From: Bacteroidales bacterium
Lineage (GTDB): Bacteria > Bacteroidota > Bacteroidia > Bacteroidales > VadinHA17
DNA: 62,544 nt
Direction of reading: 5' to 3'
Assembly (NCBI GenBank): GCA_034004335.1
Contig: JAVEWX010000002.1
Span: 1 to 62,544 of the forward strand
Below the pieces are notes generated by a model. It did not search any database, was not told where the DNA came from, and saw only the letters and a program-made list of their open reading frames with translations. Positions 8,551-18,591 of the stretch are shown in pieces. The position numbers and the translations under genes were made by a program. Within the stretch, counting starts at the first letter, position 1; each line of letters begins with the position of its first letter.

Positions 8551-9387
8551 ATGTCAAACGGATTACTTAATGGAAAGAAGGGCATCATTTTCGGTGCGCT
8601 GAATGATAAATCAATAGCCTGGCAGGTCGCCCTAAAAGCTCACGAGCAGGGCGCTAAGCTGATACTTACAAACGCTCCTGTGGCCATGAGGCTGGGAACA
8701 ATAAACGAGCTGGCTGATATTACAGGCAGCAGGGTTATTCCGGCTGATGCCACAAGCATGGATGATCTCAGGCTCCTTTTTGACGAAGCAATGAAGGAAT
8801 TCGGCGGAAAAATCGACTTCGTACTTCATTCAATCGGTATGTCACCAAATGTCAGGAAGGGAATACCGTATCCCGAGATAAGCTATGAGAATATGCTCAA
8901 AACCCTTGACATATCGGCGCTCAGCTTTCACAGGATACTACAGATTGCCTACAGGATGGACGCTATCAATGAATGGGGATCGGTTTTGGCCCTCAGCTAT
9001 GTGGCTGCCCAGAGAACCCTGGCAGGGTATAATGACATGGGTGATGCCAAGGCCCTGCTCGAATCCATTGCCAGGAGTTTCGGTTACATTTACGGCAGGG
9101 ACAGGAAGGTAAGGGTTAACACTATATCCCAGTCACCAACTCCGACCACTGCCGGGGCCGGAATATCGGGCTTCGACAGCCTGACCGACTTCTCGGACAG
9201 GATGTCACCGCTCGGCAATGCAACGGCAGAGGAGTGCGCCAACTACTGCGTGGTGCTGTTCTCCGATCTTACCCGCAAGGTTACAATGCAGAACCTTTAC
9301 CACGACGGTGGCTTCTCGAGCATGGGCATGAGTCAGAGGGCGATAGAGCAGTACAATAAGAGCTTCAATGAGTGTATATGCGACTAG
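8551..9387 (+). CDS. fabI: Enoyl-[acyl-carrier-protein] reductase (NADH) FabI
   Basis: N-terminus LLNGKKGIIFGALNDKSIAWQVA and SDR fold, typical of Bacteroidota FabI. Confidence 0.85.
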   Translation: MSNGLLNGKKGIIFGALNDKSIAWQVALKAHEQGAKLILTNAPVAMRLGTINELADITGSRVIPADATSMDDLRLLFDEAMKEFGGKIDFVLHSIGMSPNVRKGIPYPEISYENMLKTLDISALSFHRILQIAYRMDAINEWGSVLALSYVAAQRTLAGYNDMGDAKALLESIARSFGYIYGRDRKVRVNTISQSPTPTTAGAGISGFDSLTDFSDRMSPLGNATAEECANYCVVLFSDLTRKVTMQNLYHDGGFSSMGMSQRAIEQYNKSFNECICD

Positions 9388-9476
9388 CTGCTAAGCATTT
9401 ATACCTATTTTAAACACCGGACATACCCTGTGTGAACCCCTTTACATATTTTTGGTATACATCAAACCTGTATGCC

Positions 9477-10748
9477 ATGGTTAAGCTTTTAATACTGGTT
9501 GTATTTTATGTAACCTTTCCGCTTGCAATCATTTCCATGTGCAAAAAATGGTCCTTCTTCAAGAAGATGGGGACCATTGTGCTGGCCTATTTTTTCGGAC
9601 TTCTCCTGGGGAACATAGGGTTGTTGCCCAAGGGCTCTGAGGCTTACAGATTTCAATTGCAGGGGAGGGCAGCAATACCCTCCGCGGAGATTGAAGGTCT
9701 GGTGTCAGCCGGAACGCTGAATCAGAATGATGTCTGGGTTAACCAGGTTGCCGGATTGCAGGACATAATGGTAACGATCATCGTCCCCCTGGCAATACCA
9801 CTGCTGCTTTTTTCACTGAACATACGGAGGTGGTTCAAACTTGCGGGCCAGGGCCTGCTGTCAATGATTCTTGCTTTCATATCAGTTATTGTAGTCATTG
9901 CCACAGGTTACCTGATCTTCAGGGACCTGGTTCCCGACTCATGGAAGGTTGCAGGCATGCTTACAGGGGTATACACCGGTGGAACGCCTAACCTGGCCGC
10001 TATCAGGACTGCGTTGGATGTTGACCCCAGCCTCTACATCATGACCCACACCTACGATTTGATTATAGGAGCATTTGTTATACTTTTTTTCATTTCTGCA
10101 GGGCGACAGATTTTCGGTCTTGTATTGCCACCGTTCAAAAAACCTGAGATAACCGGTGATACAACAGATGTCGTTGAGGAACTCGAGGATATGGATGATT
10201 TTACCGGGATGCTGGTCAGGAGAAGGTGGACTGGACTGCTTGCGGCTCTCGGAATTTCAATACTTATTTTCGGAATTTCAGCCGGCCTTAGTCTCATTTT
10301 CAAATCAATACCCCAGATGGTTGTCGTGATATTGGCGATAACGACATTTGGTATCCTGGCATCTCTGCTACCGAGGATAAACAAGATTGAGAAGACCTTT
10401 CATCTGGGCATGTACCTCATTCTTATTTTCTCACTGGTGGTTTCCTCCATGGCCGACCTGAGTATAGTATTTAGCATCAAGTATATAGATCTTTTCCTGT
10501 TCGTGCTTTATGCATACTTCGGCTCGATGATACTTCACCTGCTGCTGTCGGTTATTTTCAGGGTTGATACGGATAATTTCCTTATAACCACAACCGCATT
10601 GATCTATTCACCTCCATTTGTCCCGGTGGTTGCGGCAGCCCTGAAAAACAAGGATGTCATCACCACCGGCCTTACGGTCGGGCTGATAGGCTATGTGGTA
10701 GGCAACTACCTTGCCGTTCCATTGGCTTATCTCCTTAAAGGACTCTAA
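9477..10748 (+). CDS. Polytopic membrane protein, DUF819-like putative transporter
   Basis: ORF 9432..10748; start ATG 9477 (MVKLLILVV) is more plausible. Two bundles of ~5 TM helices are separated by an acidic loop. GGTPNLAAI motif present. Confidence 0.45.
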   Translation: MVKLLILVVFYVTFPLAIISMCKKWSFFKKMGTIVLAYFFGLLLGNIGLLPKGSEAYRFQLQGRAAIPSAEIEGLVSAGTLNQNDVWVNQVAGLQDIMVTIIVPLAIPLLLFSLNIRRWFKLAGQGLLSMILAFISVIVVIATGYLIFRDLVPDSWKVAGMLTGVYTGGTPNLAAIRTALDVDPSLYIMTHTYDLIIGAFVILFFISAGRQIFGLVLPPFKKPEITGDTTDVVEELEDMDDFTGMLVRRRWTGLLAALGISILIFGISAGLSLIFKSIPQMVVVILAITTFGILASLLPRINKIEKTFHLGMYLILIFSLVVSSMADLSIVFSIKYIDLFLFVLYAYFGSMILHLLLSVIFRVDTDNFLITTTALIYSPPFVPVVAAALKNKDVITTGLTVGLIGYVVGNYLAVPLAYLLKGL

Positions 10749-12067
10749 AAAAGGTAGTTCAGGCCCATATAGAATCCCATCCCGCCATCCTGCTTGTTGA
10801 AGGCCTTGCCCAGATCGACAGCGATGATGAAATTTTCATTCATCACGATCCTCAGGCCTGCACCGGCAGTGAAGTGAAGCTTCTCGGAGTCGGGACTGAA
10901 GAAATCAGACAACTCCCACCCATTATCCAGAACAGGGTTGACATCTATCGTGCCGGTTATCATCCCGAAATCGGAGAAACCGTTAAGGCCTATGTAGAAT
11001 GACTGGTTAATGAAGTTGAACCTTACTGCCTTCCAGCGAAGCTCGACGTTGCCGTACATGAATCCGTCTCCTATGACCCTGTTGCGCAGCACACCCCTTA
11101 TTGATTTCCCCCCTCCCAGTCCTTCCGATGTTGCACCACGGAGTACGGAGACAATTACCTGTGACTGGTAATATGCAGGTGTCTCACCAAATATGGTTGT
11201 CTGATATCCCAACCGGTATGCCAGGCTGAGGTCGTTAGGGACAATAGTGAAGTATTGCCTGTGTGTGAAGTAAAATTTTCCGAAGCTGTTTTCACTTCCC
11301 AGGAACTCCAATGAGGCTTCAATACCGGCCTCTGTCCAGAGTCCCTTCATCGGGTTTGCCCTGTTGTCGCGCGAATCAAATGTCAGTCCGGCCTTAATGG
11401 TATTGACCCACCCGCCATCGAACTCTTCATCGGAAATAATACCCCATCTGTTATACAGCTCATAGAGTCCGGGCTCATCCTCATGTGAAGGCAGGAGATC
11501 TTCTGCGTCCTTGCCCTTGTTCAGCTTGTCAATGTCAACCAGTCCCACCGTGAATTTCTGAATATTAAAGCCTGCATTCCATTTCAGGTTGTTGCCTGAG
11601 AGATTGCCCTGGAAGTCATTCTTGAACCTGAAATACTGCCTCTTGTTCCGGTAGAACATCCTTGTAAGGTATGATTCAGATTCACTGTCTGCCCAGTCCT
11701 TGTTGAACACTGCATCATATCCGTTGAAACCGTAAAAGTCGTAAGCCTCATCGGTCAGATAGCTCAGGTCGACCGTATATTGAATACCGGGGATAAGGTG
11801 TTCGGAGTCAAACATAAACCTGTTTATGCCGCTGCCCTTCGTGAACCGCGACACTTCAAAATAGAGCGACTGGTAGTAATTGGGGAAGATATCACCCGTT
11901 CCATAATTGAAGAGGTTTATCAGTCCTCCGTACTGAAAGCCAAGGTCGCTGTCGAAGGTTACCGAAGGAAGAGCTCCGAAGTTCCACCCGGTCTTGGGTT
12001 TGACATCCTGCGCATTGGTTCCTGCCACGAGGAAGAGAATAGCTAAAACTGTCAGGGTCTTTTTCAT
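10745..12067 (-). CDS. Omp85/BamA-TamA family outer-membrane beta-barrel protein (no POTRA domains)
   Basis: Signal peptide MKKTLTVLAILFLVAGTNAQ. Alternating beta-strand pattern. C-terminal aromatic GLNYLF. Confidence 0.7.
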   Translation of the reverse strand: MKKTLTVLAILFLVAGTNAQDVKPKTGWNFGALPSVTFDSDLGFQYGGLINLFNYGTGDIFPNYYQSLYFEVSRFTKGSGINRFMFDSEHLIPGIQYTVDLSYLTDEAYDFYGFNGYDAVFNKDWADSESESYLTRMFYRNKRQYFRFKNDFQGNLSGNNLKWNAGFNIQKFTVGLVDIDKLNKGKDAEDLLPSHEDEPGLYELYNRWGIISDEEFDGGWVNTIKAGLTFDSRDNRANPMKGLWTEAGIEASLEFLGSENSFGKFYFTHRQYFTIVPNDLSLAYRLGYQTTIFGETPAYYQSQVIVSVLRGATSEGLGGGKSIRGVLRNRVIGDGFMYGNVELRWKAVRFNFINQSFYIGLNGFSDFGMITGTIDVNPVLDNGWELSDFFSPDSEKLHFTAGAGLRIVMNENFIIAVDLGKAFNKQDGGMGFYMGLNYLF

Positions 12068-12175
12068 GCTGTGAGGTTTAAAATGTGACTAAAGATAAAC
12101 AAAATCGGAAAATGCAAACAACATGATAATATTGGCTGTCATGCGCCCCGGGAGATGGCAACGTTTTTTTATTCC

Positions 12176-12183
12176 TATCTTTG
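12176..12183 (+). promoter_or_regulatory. Candidate -7 promoter box (TAnnTTTG) for hutI
   Basis: TATCTTTG, 24 nt upstream of ATG 12208. Confidence 0.4.
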
Positions 12184-12207
12184 GCAATTGAATAGTGAAC
12201 TGTGATT

Positions 12208-13449
12208 ATGAGCATATTAATAAGAAACATAAAAGGGATAGTTCAGGCCGGGGAGAATATGCCACTGTTCAGGGCCGGTAACAGTATGTCTGAACTGGGC
12301 GTCATTGAAAACGGCTGGATACTTGTTGAGGGGCAACTCATTTCGGATTATGGAAAGATGGATGAGATGCCTTCGCACCTGATAGCCGCCGATACATTTG
12401 ATGCAGCGGGAAGATTCGTGTTGCCTTCCTGGTGCGACAGCCACACACATATTGTTTATGCCGGGAGCAGGGAGAAGGAGTACATGGACAAGATCAGGGG
12501 CCTTTCGTATGAGGAGATAGCAAAGAGGGGAGGAGGAATCCTTAATTCAGCAAAGCTCCTTAGGGAAACACCCGGGGAGGAGCTTTACAGGCAGTCGATG
12601 CAGAGGATAAGGGAAATAATCGGTTTCGGAACCGGTGCCGTTGAGATCAAGAGCGGCTATGGACTCGATACCGAATCGGAGATTAAGATGCTGAGGGTAA
12701 TAAGGAGAATAGCAGAGACCTCACCAATTGAGGTAAAAGCCACCTTCCTGGGGGCACATGCCCTGCCTGGCGAATACTGCAATGACCGTAACGGTTACGT
12801 TGAACTGATAATTAACGAGATGATACCCCGCATTGCATATGAGGGACTGGCTGATTTCATTGATGTCTTCTGCGACAGGGGATTCTTTACGGTTGATGAG
12901 ACCGAAAGGATAGTGATGGCAGGCATCAAATACGGATTGAAGCCCAAGCTCCATGCCAATGAGCTTGACTATTCCGGAGGTGTTCAGGTAGGGGTTAAGT
13001 ACAACGCCTTGTCAGTTGACCACCTTGAATTTACCGGGGATAATGAGATTGGGGCCCTTCTTGCATCTGAGACCATGCCGACACTCCTTCCCGGTGCAGC
13101 ATTCTTCCTGGGAATGACCGATCCCCCGGCAAGGAAGATGATCGGCGCCGGACTTCCCTTGGCCCTGGCTTCCGATTATAATCCCGGCAGCTCACCACAG
13201 GGTAACATGAAGCTTATAATGTCGTTTGGCTGCGTGAAGCTGAGGATGCTCCCTGCGGAGGTGATCAATGCCGTAACCATAAATTCAGCCTATGCCATGG
13301 ATCTTTCGGAAAGCCACGGTTCAGTAACCAGGGGTAAAGTAGCGAATCTTATCATCACAAAGGAGATACCCTCCTATGAGTACCTGCCCTACGCTTATGG
13401 GAGCAATCTTGTGGAAAGAGTGATGTTAAGGGGAAACTGGGTTGATTAA
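12208..13449 (+). CDS. hutI: Imidazolonepropionase
   Basis: Motifs PSWCDSHTHIVYAGSR and YEEIAKRGGGI; amidohydrolase fold. ATG 12208 lies two codons inside the listed GTG 12202. Confidence 0.9.
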   Translation: MSILIRNIKGIVQAGENMPLFRAGNSMSELGVIENGWILVEGQLISDYGKMDEMPSHLIAADTFDAAGRFVLPSWCDSHTHIVYAGSREKEYMDKIRGLSYEEIAKRGGGILNSAKLLRETPGEELYRQSMQRIREIIGFGTGAVEIKSGYGLDTESEIKMLRVIRRIAETSPIEVKATFLGAHALPGEYCNDRNGYVELIINEMIPRIAYEGLADFIDVFCDRGFFTVDETERIVMAGIKYGLKPKLHANELDYSGGVQVGVKYNALSVDHLEFTGDNEIGALLASETMPTLLPGAAFFLGMTDPPARKMIGAGLPLALASDYNPGSSPQGNMKLIMSFGCVKLRMLPAEVINAVTINSAYAMDLSESHGSVTRGKVANLIITKEIPSYEYLPYAYGSNLVERVMLRGNWVD

Positions 13450-13507
13450 CGATCGGAGCAGTATTCAAAACCGGACCCCCGGACAAGGATTTAAGTGAAC
13501 TACTTCC

Positions 13508-13515
13508 TATCTTTG
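13508..13515 (+). promoter_or_regulatory. Candidate -7 promoter box (TAnnTTTG) for ftcD
   Basis: TATCTTTG, about 93 nt upstream of ATG 13609. Confidence 0.3.
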
Positions 13516-13608
13516 CCAGATCGGGCTTTACCTGAACAAGAAAAATAAACTAAAGAATCAAATATTAACGAAACATTAGTTTTAGCTAATCAAACTATTT
13601 GGCAGATA

Positions 13609-15300
13609 ATGAAAAACCAACCTATCCTCGAATGCGTTCCCAACTTTTCGGAGGGCCGCGACATGACAATCATAAAACAGATCACCGACCAGATTGAGTC
13701 GGTAGCCGGTGTCAAGCTGCTGGACGTTGATCCGGGCAGGGATACGAACCGCACTGTAGTAACGTTCGTTGGATCTCCTGAGTCGGTTTGCGAGGCTGCC
13801 TTCATGGCTGTGGGTAAGGCTGCGGAACTTATAGATATGTCGAAGCATCATGGTGAACATCCGCGCATGGGCGCCACCGATGTCTGTCCATTGGTGCCTG
13901 TATCGGGCATTACTATGGAGGAGACCGTGGTATATGCCCGTAAGCTTGCCGGAAGAATCGGCGGGGAACTGGGTATTCCGGTTTACTGCTACGAAAATGC
14001 AGCCTTTGAGGAGAAGAGGAGGAACCTTGCCAACTGCCGGGCAGGCGAATATGAGGGTCTAAGTCAGAAACTGGTGGATCCGGCATGGCGTCCCGATTTT
14101 GGTCCTGCGGAATTCAATGCCAGGGCTGGGGCCACGGCCGTTGGTGCCCGTGACTTCCTGGTGGCATTCAATGTAAATCTCAACACCACATCAACCCGGA
14201 GGGCAAATGCTATTGCCTATGATGTGCGCGAGAAGGGTCGTCCGATGAGGGAGGGGAACCCCATAACCGGAAAGATAGTGAAGGATGAACAGGGCAATAC
14301 CGTTATGGTGCCGGGTTCCCTGAAGGCAGTCAAGGCCATAGGCTGGTATATTGAGGAGTACGGCATGGCACAGATATCGATGAACCTCACGAACATATCG
14401 GTTACCCCGGTTCACATAGCATTTGATGAGGTATGCAGGAAGGCAGAAACCAGGGGGGTAAGGGTTACAGGTTCTGAGCTGGTAGGGCTGATACCCCTGA
14501 AGGCGATTCTCGATGCAGGCAGGTATTTTCTTAAGAAGCAGCAGCGTTCTGCCGGTGTGCCTGACGAGGAGCTGATAAGGATAGCCGTAAGGTCGATGGG
14601 CCTTAGTGACATACATGAATTCAAGCCATCCGAGAAGATAATAGAGTATGTGATGGGAGAGAAAAGCAGCGACAGGCTGGTGTCAATGAGCCTCAGGGGT
14701 TTCATGGATATTACTGCCTCTGAATCTCCCGCCCCCGGCGGAGGGTCTGTATCCTCGTACGTCGGAGCTCTTGGCGTGGCTCTTGGTACAATGGTGGCTA
14801 ACCTCTCATCGCACAAGCGGGGATGGGATGAACGATGGGAGGAGTTCGGCGAATGGGCTGTAATGGGCAAAGAGATACAGAATGAGCTTCTCAGGTTCGT
14901 CGATGCGGATACTGCAGCCTTTAAAAGGGTACTGGAAGCCTACAGTCTCCCTAAAAAAAATGAGGAGGAAAAGGCAGCAAGGAGCCTGGCAATCCAGGAG
15001 GCAATAAAGTATGCAACCCTGGTACCTTTCAGGGTGATGGAGATCGCATTCAGGGGTTTTGAGGTCATCAGGGCAATGGTTGAGAAGGGAAATCCTAATT
15101 CCATAACCGACGCAGGGGTGGGGGCGCTTGCCCTCAGAACATGCATAAGAGGAGCATTCCTCAATGTAAAGGTCAATGCAGCAGACATTGAAGACAGGCA
15201 ATTTGTCGATGAACTTATTATGAGAGGTGAGGAGATTGATGCTGCCAGTGCTGAATTCGAAAAGGAGATAACGAGAATACTGAAAACAAGACTGGGTTAA
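13609..15300 (+). CDS. ftcD: Bifunctional glutamate formimidoyltransferase / formimidoyltetrahydrofolate cyclodeaminase
   Basis: N-terminus ILECVPNFSEGRD (formiminotransferase). C-terminal ~190 aa carries ESPAPGGGSVSSYVGALGVALGTMV (cyclodeaminase). Both lie in one 563-aa ORF. Confidence 0.85.
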   Translation: MKNQPILECVPNFSEGRDMTIIKQITDQIESVAGVKLLDVDPGRDTNRTVVTFVGSPESVCEAAFMAVGKAAELIDMSKHHGEHPRMGATDVCPLVPVSGITMEETVVYARKLAGRIGGELGIPVYCYENAAFEEKRRNLANCRAGEYEGLSQKLVDPAWRPDFGPAEFNARAGATAVGARDFLVAFNVNLNTTSTRRANAIAYDVREKGRPMREGNPITGKIVKDEQGNTVMVPGSLKAVKAIGWYIEEYGMAQISMNLTNISVTPVHIAFDEVCRKAETRGVRVTGSELVGLIPLKAILDAGRYFLKKQQRSAGVPDEELIRIAVRSMGLSDIHEFKPSEKIIEYVMGEKSSDRLVSMSLRGFMDITASESPAPGGGSVSSYVGALGVALGTMVANLSSHKRGWDERWEEFGEWAVMGKEIQNELLRFVDADTAAFKRVLEAYSLPKKNEEEKAARSLAIQEAIKYATLVPFRVMEIAFRGFEVIRAMVEKGNPNSITDAGVGALALRTCIRGAFLNVKVNAADIEDRQFVDELIMRGEEIDAASAEFEKEITRILKTRLG

Positions 15301-15485
15301 GTTAGTGCTCAACTAGCATGCATAAGGCTATTTCCTGACCAGATTTAGCAGGATCCCGATATGCATGAATTCAAGGTATGTGAAAAAAATTCACAAAATT
15401 TAACATATTTTAATTTTTTTTTCATACATTCGCCTATGAGTTAAATTAAGCAATAAACCTTTTTATTAACCTAAATCTAGTGTTT

Positions 15486-18400
15486 ATGAAAAAACTATTG
15501 ATGTTGTTTACACTGTTGCTTGTGACAACTGCCCTGGCATTGGCGCAGACAGTGCAAATTACGGGAACCGTAACAAGTTCCGAAGATGGTTTACCACTGC
15601 CTGGCGTTGCAGTCACGGTTAGTGGGACAACCATTGGTGCCGTTACCGAGGCTAACGGCAGGTACACAATAAATGTGCCGGCAAATGCAACAACCCTCCA
15701 GTTCAAATTCCTGGGCATGGTGACGGTTGATGCTGAGATTGCCGGCAGAACGGTCATCAATGTTACGATGACAGAGGACCGCCAGGCCCTCGGGGAGGTA
15801 ATCGTTCTGGGTTACAGCACAAGGGGGAAAAACCAGATTACCGGATCAACGGTGCAGGTTTCTGCCGAACAGCTGAAGCAGACGCCTGTTACATCGGTTG
15901 AGCAGACCCTCCAGGGTAAGGTAGCCGGTCTGGTTATCAACACCACTTCGGGAACTCCGGGTTCTGTACAGGAGATCAGGATCAGGGGTGTAAGCTCATT
16001 CAGCGCTACAAATACTCCGCTGATGGTTATCGATGGTGTTCCGACAATTAACAGCAACGTCTCCGGTGATGCAGCATTTTCGTCACTGACGACCATGGCT
16101 GCCCTCAATGCAAACGATATTGAATCAATTACCGTTCTCAAGGATGCATCGGCAACATCGGCTTACGGTGCAAGAGGTTCAAACGGTGTTATTGTTATTA
16201 CCACTATCAAGGGTAAGGAAGGAAGAACCAGGTACAACTTCAACGCCAGCTACGGCTTCCAGAACAAGGCTGTACCCGGACGTACGGAACTTACTGCTGC
16301 TGACAGGTTCACATTGTGGCTTGAAGGTATAGTAAATACCTACGGGTCTACTCCCGGCGGCCCCACTACACCAGAGGCAGCATGGGCTTATGCCGCAGCA
16401 AATACCCTTACCGGTTATAGTGGCAGTGTTGGCTACAGGGCATGGGATCTGGCTGGTCGCCCCGAGGGTGACTGGGGTAATGCAGTAATCAACAAAAATG
16501 CTCCTACCTACAATGTCAACCTTGCGGCATCAGGTGGTGAGGGCGGATCATCATTCTATACCTCACTCGGCTATACCAATACCCAGTCAGTCGTTATTGG
16601 CAACCTCTTCGAGAGATTCTCGGGTGTTGTAAACCTGAACCGCAAGCTTAATGACAAAATGAGGTTCATAACCAATAATACCATTTCATATACCAACCAG
16701 GATCAGATCTTCCTGGAGACATCGGCATATTTTGGTAACCCGCATACCCTGAGGTATTTCATGCCTCCGACATTCGGCCCGTACAATGATGACGGATCTT
16801 ACAACATTACCCGTATGGGTTCCCTGTTCAACATCCTTTACCTCCAGGAAAACAATATTTCCTGGAACCATATGACAAGGGGTATTACCAACAATACCTT
16901 TGAGTATGAGATTATAGATAATCTGAAATTCAAGTCGGTTGCCTCCTTTGACTATGTTTTTGCACAGTACAAGGACTACAGGAACAGGATACACGGTGAC
17001 TCAAGGGATGAGAACGGTACCTCCTATGCAGTATGGGATACCAATTTCAACATGGTGTTCCAGAACTCCCTCGACTACAGTCTCAACTTTGAGGATCACC
17101 AGGTCGACCTTAAAGCCCTTGTTGAGTTCCAGAAATACAAGTCATGGAACCTCTGGGGCTGGGGAGAGAATTTCATCACCGATGGTCTTACCAATATAGC
17201 ATCAGCCGGTGCAAACTGGGATGCCTCATCGAGTTTCTCCGACTGGGCACAGGTTTCCTACCTCGGAATGGCCAACTATAACTATATGGGCAAATATATT
17301 GCCGACTTTACCTTCCGCCGTGAGGGTTCATCACGTTTCCCCGCTGACAGGAGGTTCGGTAATTTCTGGGCCCTGGGAGCTGCCTGGAACATTGCACAGG
17401 AGAATTTTATGAGCGGTGTGTCGTTCGTTGACAACCTCAGGTTCCGTGCATCATACGGAGTGAGCGGCAACTCGGGAGTATCACTGAACTCATACCAGGC
17501 TCTTCTTTCATTTTCCGGAGACTACGCCGGCATGGGAGCTTCATCTCCGAGCGGATACGGCAACCCGGCGCTTACATGGGAGAAGAACAGGAACTATGAC
17601 ATTGGCATTGACTTTACCCTCTTCAACCAGAGGATAGACGGATCGATTGCATACTTCAACAAGGAAACCTTCGACCTGCTTCAGGGTGTGCCTCTGACTC
17701 TTACTTCTGGCCACAGTTCTGTTACATCCAACGTTGGTACAATGGTTAACCAGGGTGTTGAGGCAATCATGGATATTGATATCATCAGGACCTCGAAATT
17801 TAATTTTGGCCTGAATTTCAACGTTGCCACACTCAATAACGAAGTTACCGAACTTGCCAAGGATGGCGAGGGCAACTATATCAATGCAACCAGCTCTTCC
17901 ACCAGGACGATCGAGGTGGGCCATACCTACATGGAATGGTATGTACAGGAATGGGCTGGCGTTGATACTGAAACCGGAGTCCCGTTGTGGTATGTTGACA
18001 GGAGTGTTGATGAAACAACAACTACCACATACTCAAATGCTAAGCGTAACTACATTGGCAAAAGCGCAATACCGACAATTACTGCCGGTGGAGGTATCAA
18101 TGCTGATTTCATGGGCGCATATTTCAATGCCAATTTCTATTACGCCGGCGGTCACATGGTATGGGAAGACTGGACAGGCTACTTCTGGGATAATGGATTG
18201 TATGCTACATCCGGTTATCAGGGAGTCGAACTGCTTCTTGAAAGGTGGCAGAAACCAGGTGATGGCGGCCCCAATGCACTTGTACCAAAGATTGAGCATG
18301 CCTATAGGCCACGACAGTCAAACGCTAACTCTACCAGGTTTATGTTCCCGGGTGACTACATCAGGCTTAAGGACCTCGTACTTGGTTATAACCTCCCGCA

Positions 18401-18587
18401 GTCTCTGCTTTCAAAGGTTAAGCTTGATAATGCTGCTGTGTACATGAGGGGTACCAATTTGTGGACCTATGCGTTTGACGAAAGACTCAGAGCAGGTTTC
18501 GATCCCGAAACAGGGGCAGACGGATTTACAGGTCTTGAGACTCCTCCGATCAAGTCCCTCATTTTTGGTATAAACGTAAATTTCTAG
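15486..18587 (+). CDS. SusC/RagA family TonB-dependent outer-membrane transporter
   Basis: Signal peptide, carboxypeptidase-regulatory-like domain (ITGTVTSSEDGLPLPGVAVTV), plug, ~1030 aa, C-terminal FGINVNF. Followed 4 nt later by a SusD-like gene. Confidence 0.9.
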   Translation: MKKLLMLFTLLLVTTALALAQTVQITGTVTSSEDGLPLPGVAVTVSGTTIGAVTEANGRYTINVPANATTLQFKFLGMVTVDAEIAGRTVINVTMTEDRQALGEVIVLGYSTRGKNQITGSTVQVSAEQLKQTPVTSVEQTLQGKVAGLVINTTSGTPGSVQEIRIRGVSSFSATNTPLMVIDGVPTINSNVSGDAAFSSLTTMAALNANDIESITVLKDASATSAYGARGSNGVIVITTIKGKEGRTRYNFNASYGFQNKAVPGRTELTAADRFTLWLEGIVNTYGSTPGGPTTPEAAWAYAAANTLTGYSGSVGYRAWDLAGRPEGDWGNAVINKNAPTYNVNLAASGGEGGSSFYTSLGYTNTQSVVIGNLFERFSGVVNLNRKLNDKMRFITNNTISYTNQDQIFLETSAYFGNPHTLRYFMPPTFGPYNDDGSYNITRMGSLFNILYLQENNISWNHMTRGITNNTFEYEIIDNLKFKSVASFDYVFAQYKDYRNRIHGDSRDENGTSYAVWDTNFNMVFQNSLDYSLNFEDHQVDLKALVEFQKYKSWNLWGWGENFITDGLTNIASAGANWDASSSFSDWAQVSYLGMANYNYMGKYIADFTFRREGSSRFPADRRFGNFWALGAAWNIAQENFMSGVSFVDNLRFRASYGVSGNSGVSLNSYQALLSFSGDYAGMGASSPSGYGNPALTWEKNRNYDIGIDFTLFNQRIDGSIAYFNKETFDLLQGVPLTLTSGHSSVTSNVGTMVNQGVEAIMDIDIIRTSKFNFGLNFNVATLNNEVTELAKDGEGNYINATSSSTRTIEVGHTYMEWYVQEWAGVDTETGVPLWYVDRSVDETTTTTYSNAKRNYIGKSAIPTITAGGGINADFMGAYFNANFYYAGGHMVWEDWTGYFWDNGLYATSGYQGVELLLERWQKPGDGGPNALVPKIEHAYRPRQSNANSTRFMFPGDYIRLKDLVLGYNLPQSLLSKVKLDNAAVYMRGTNLWTYAFDERLRAGFDPETGADGFTGLETPPIKSLIFGINVNF

Positions 18588-18591
18588 AACA

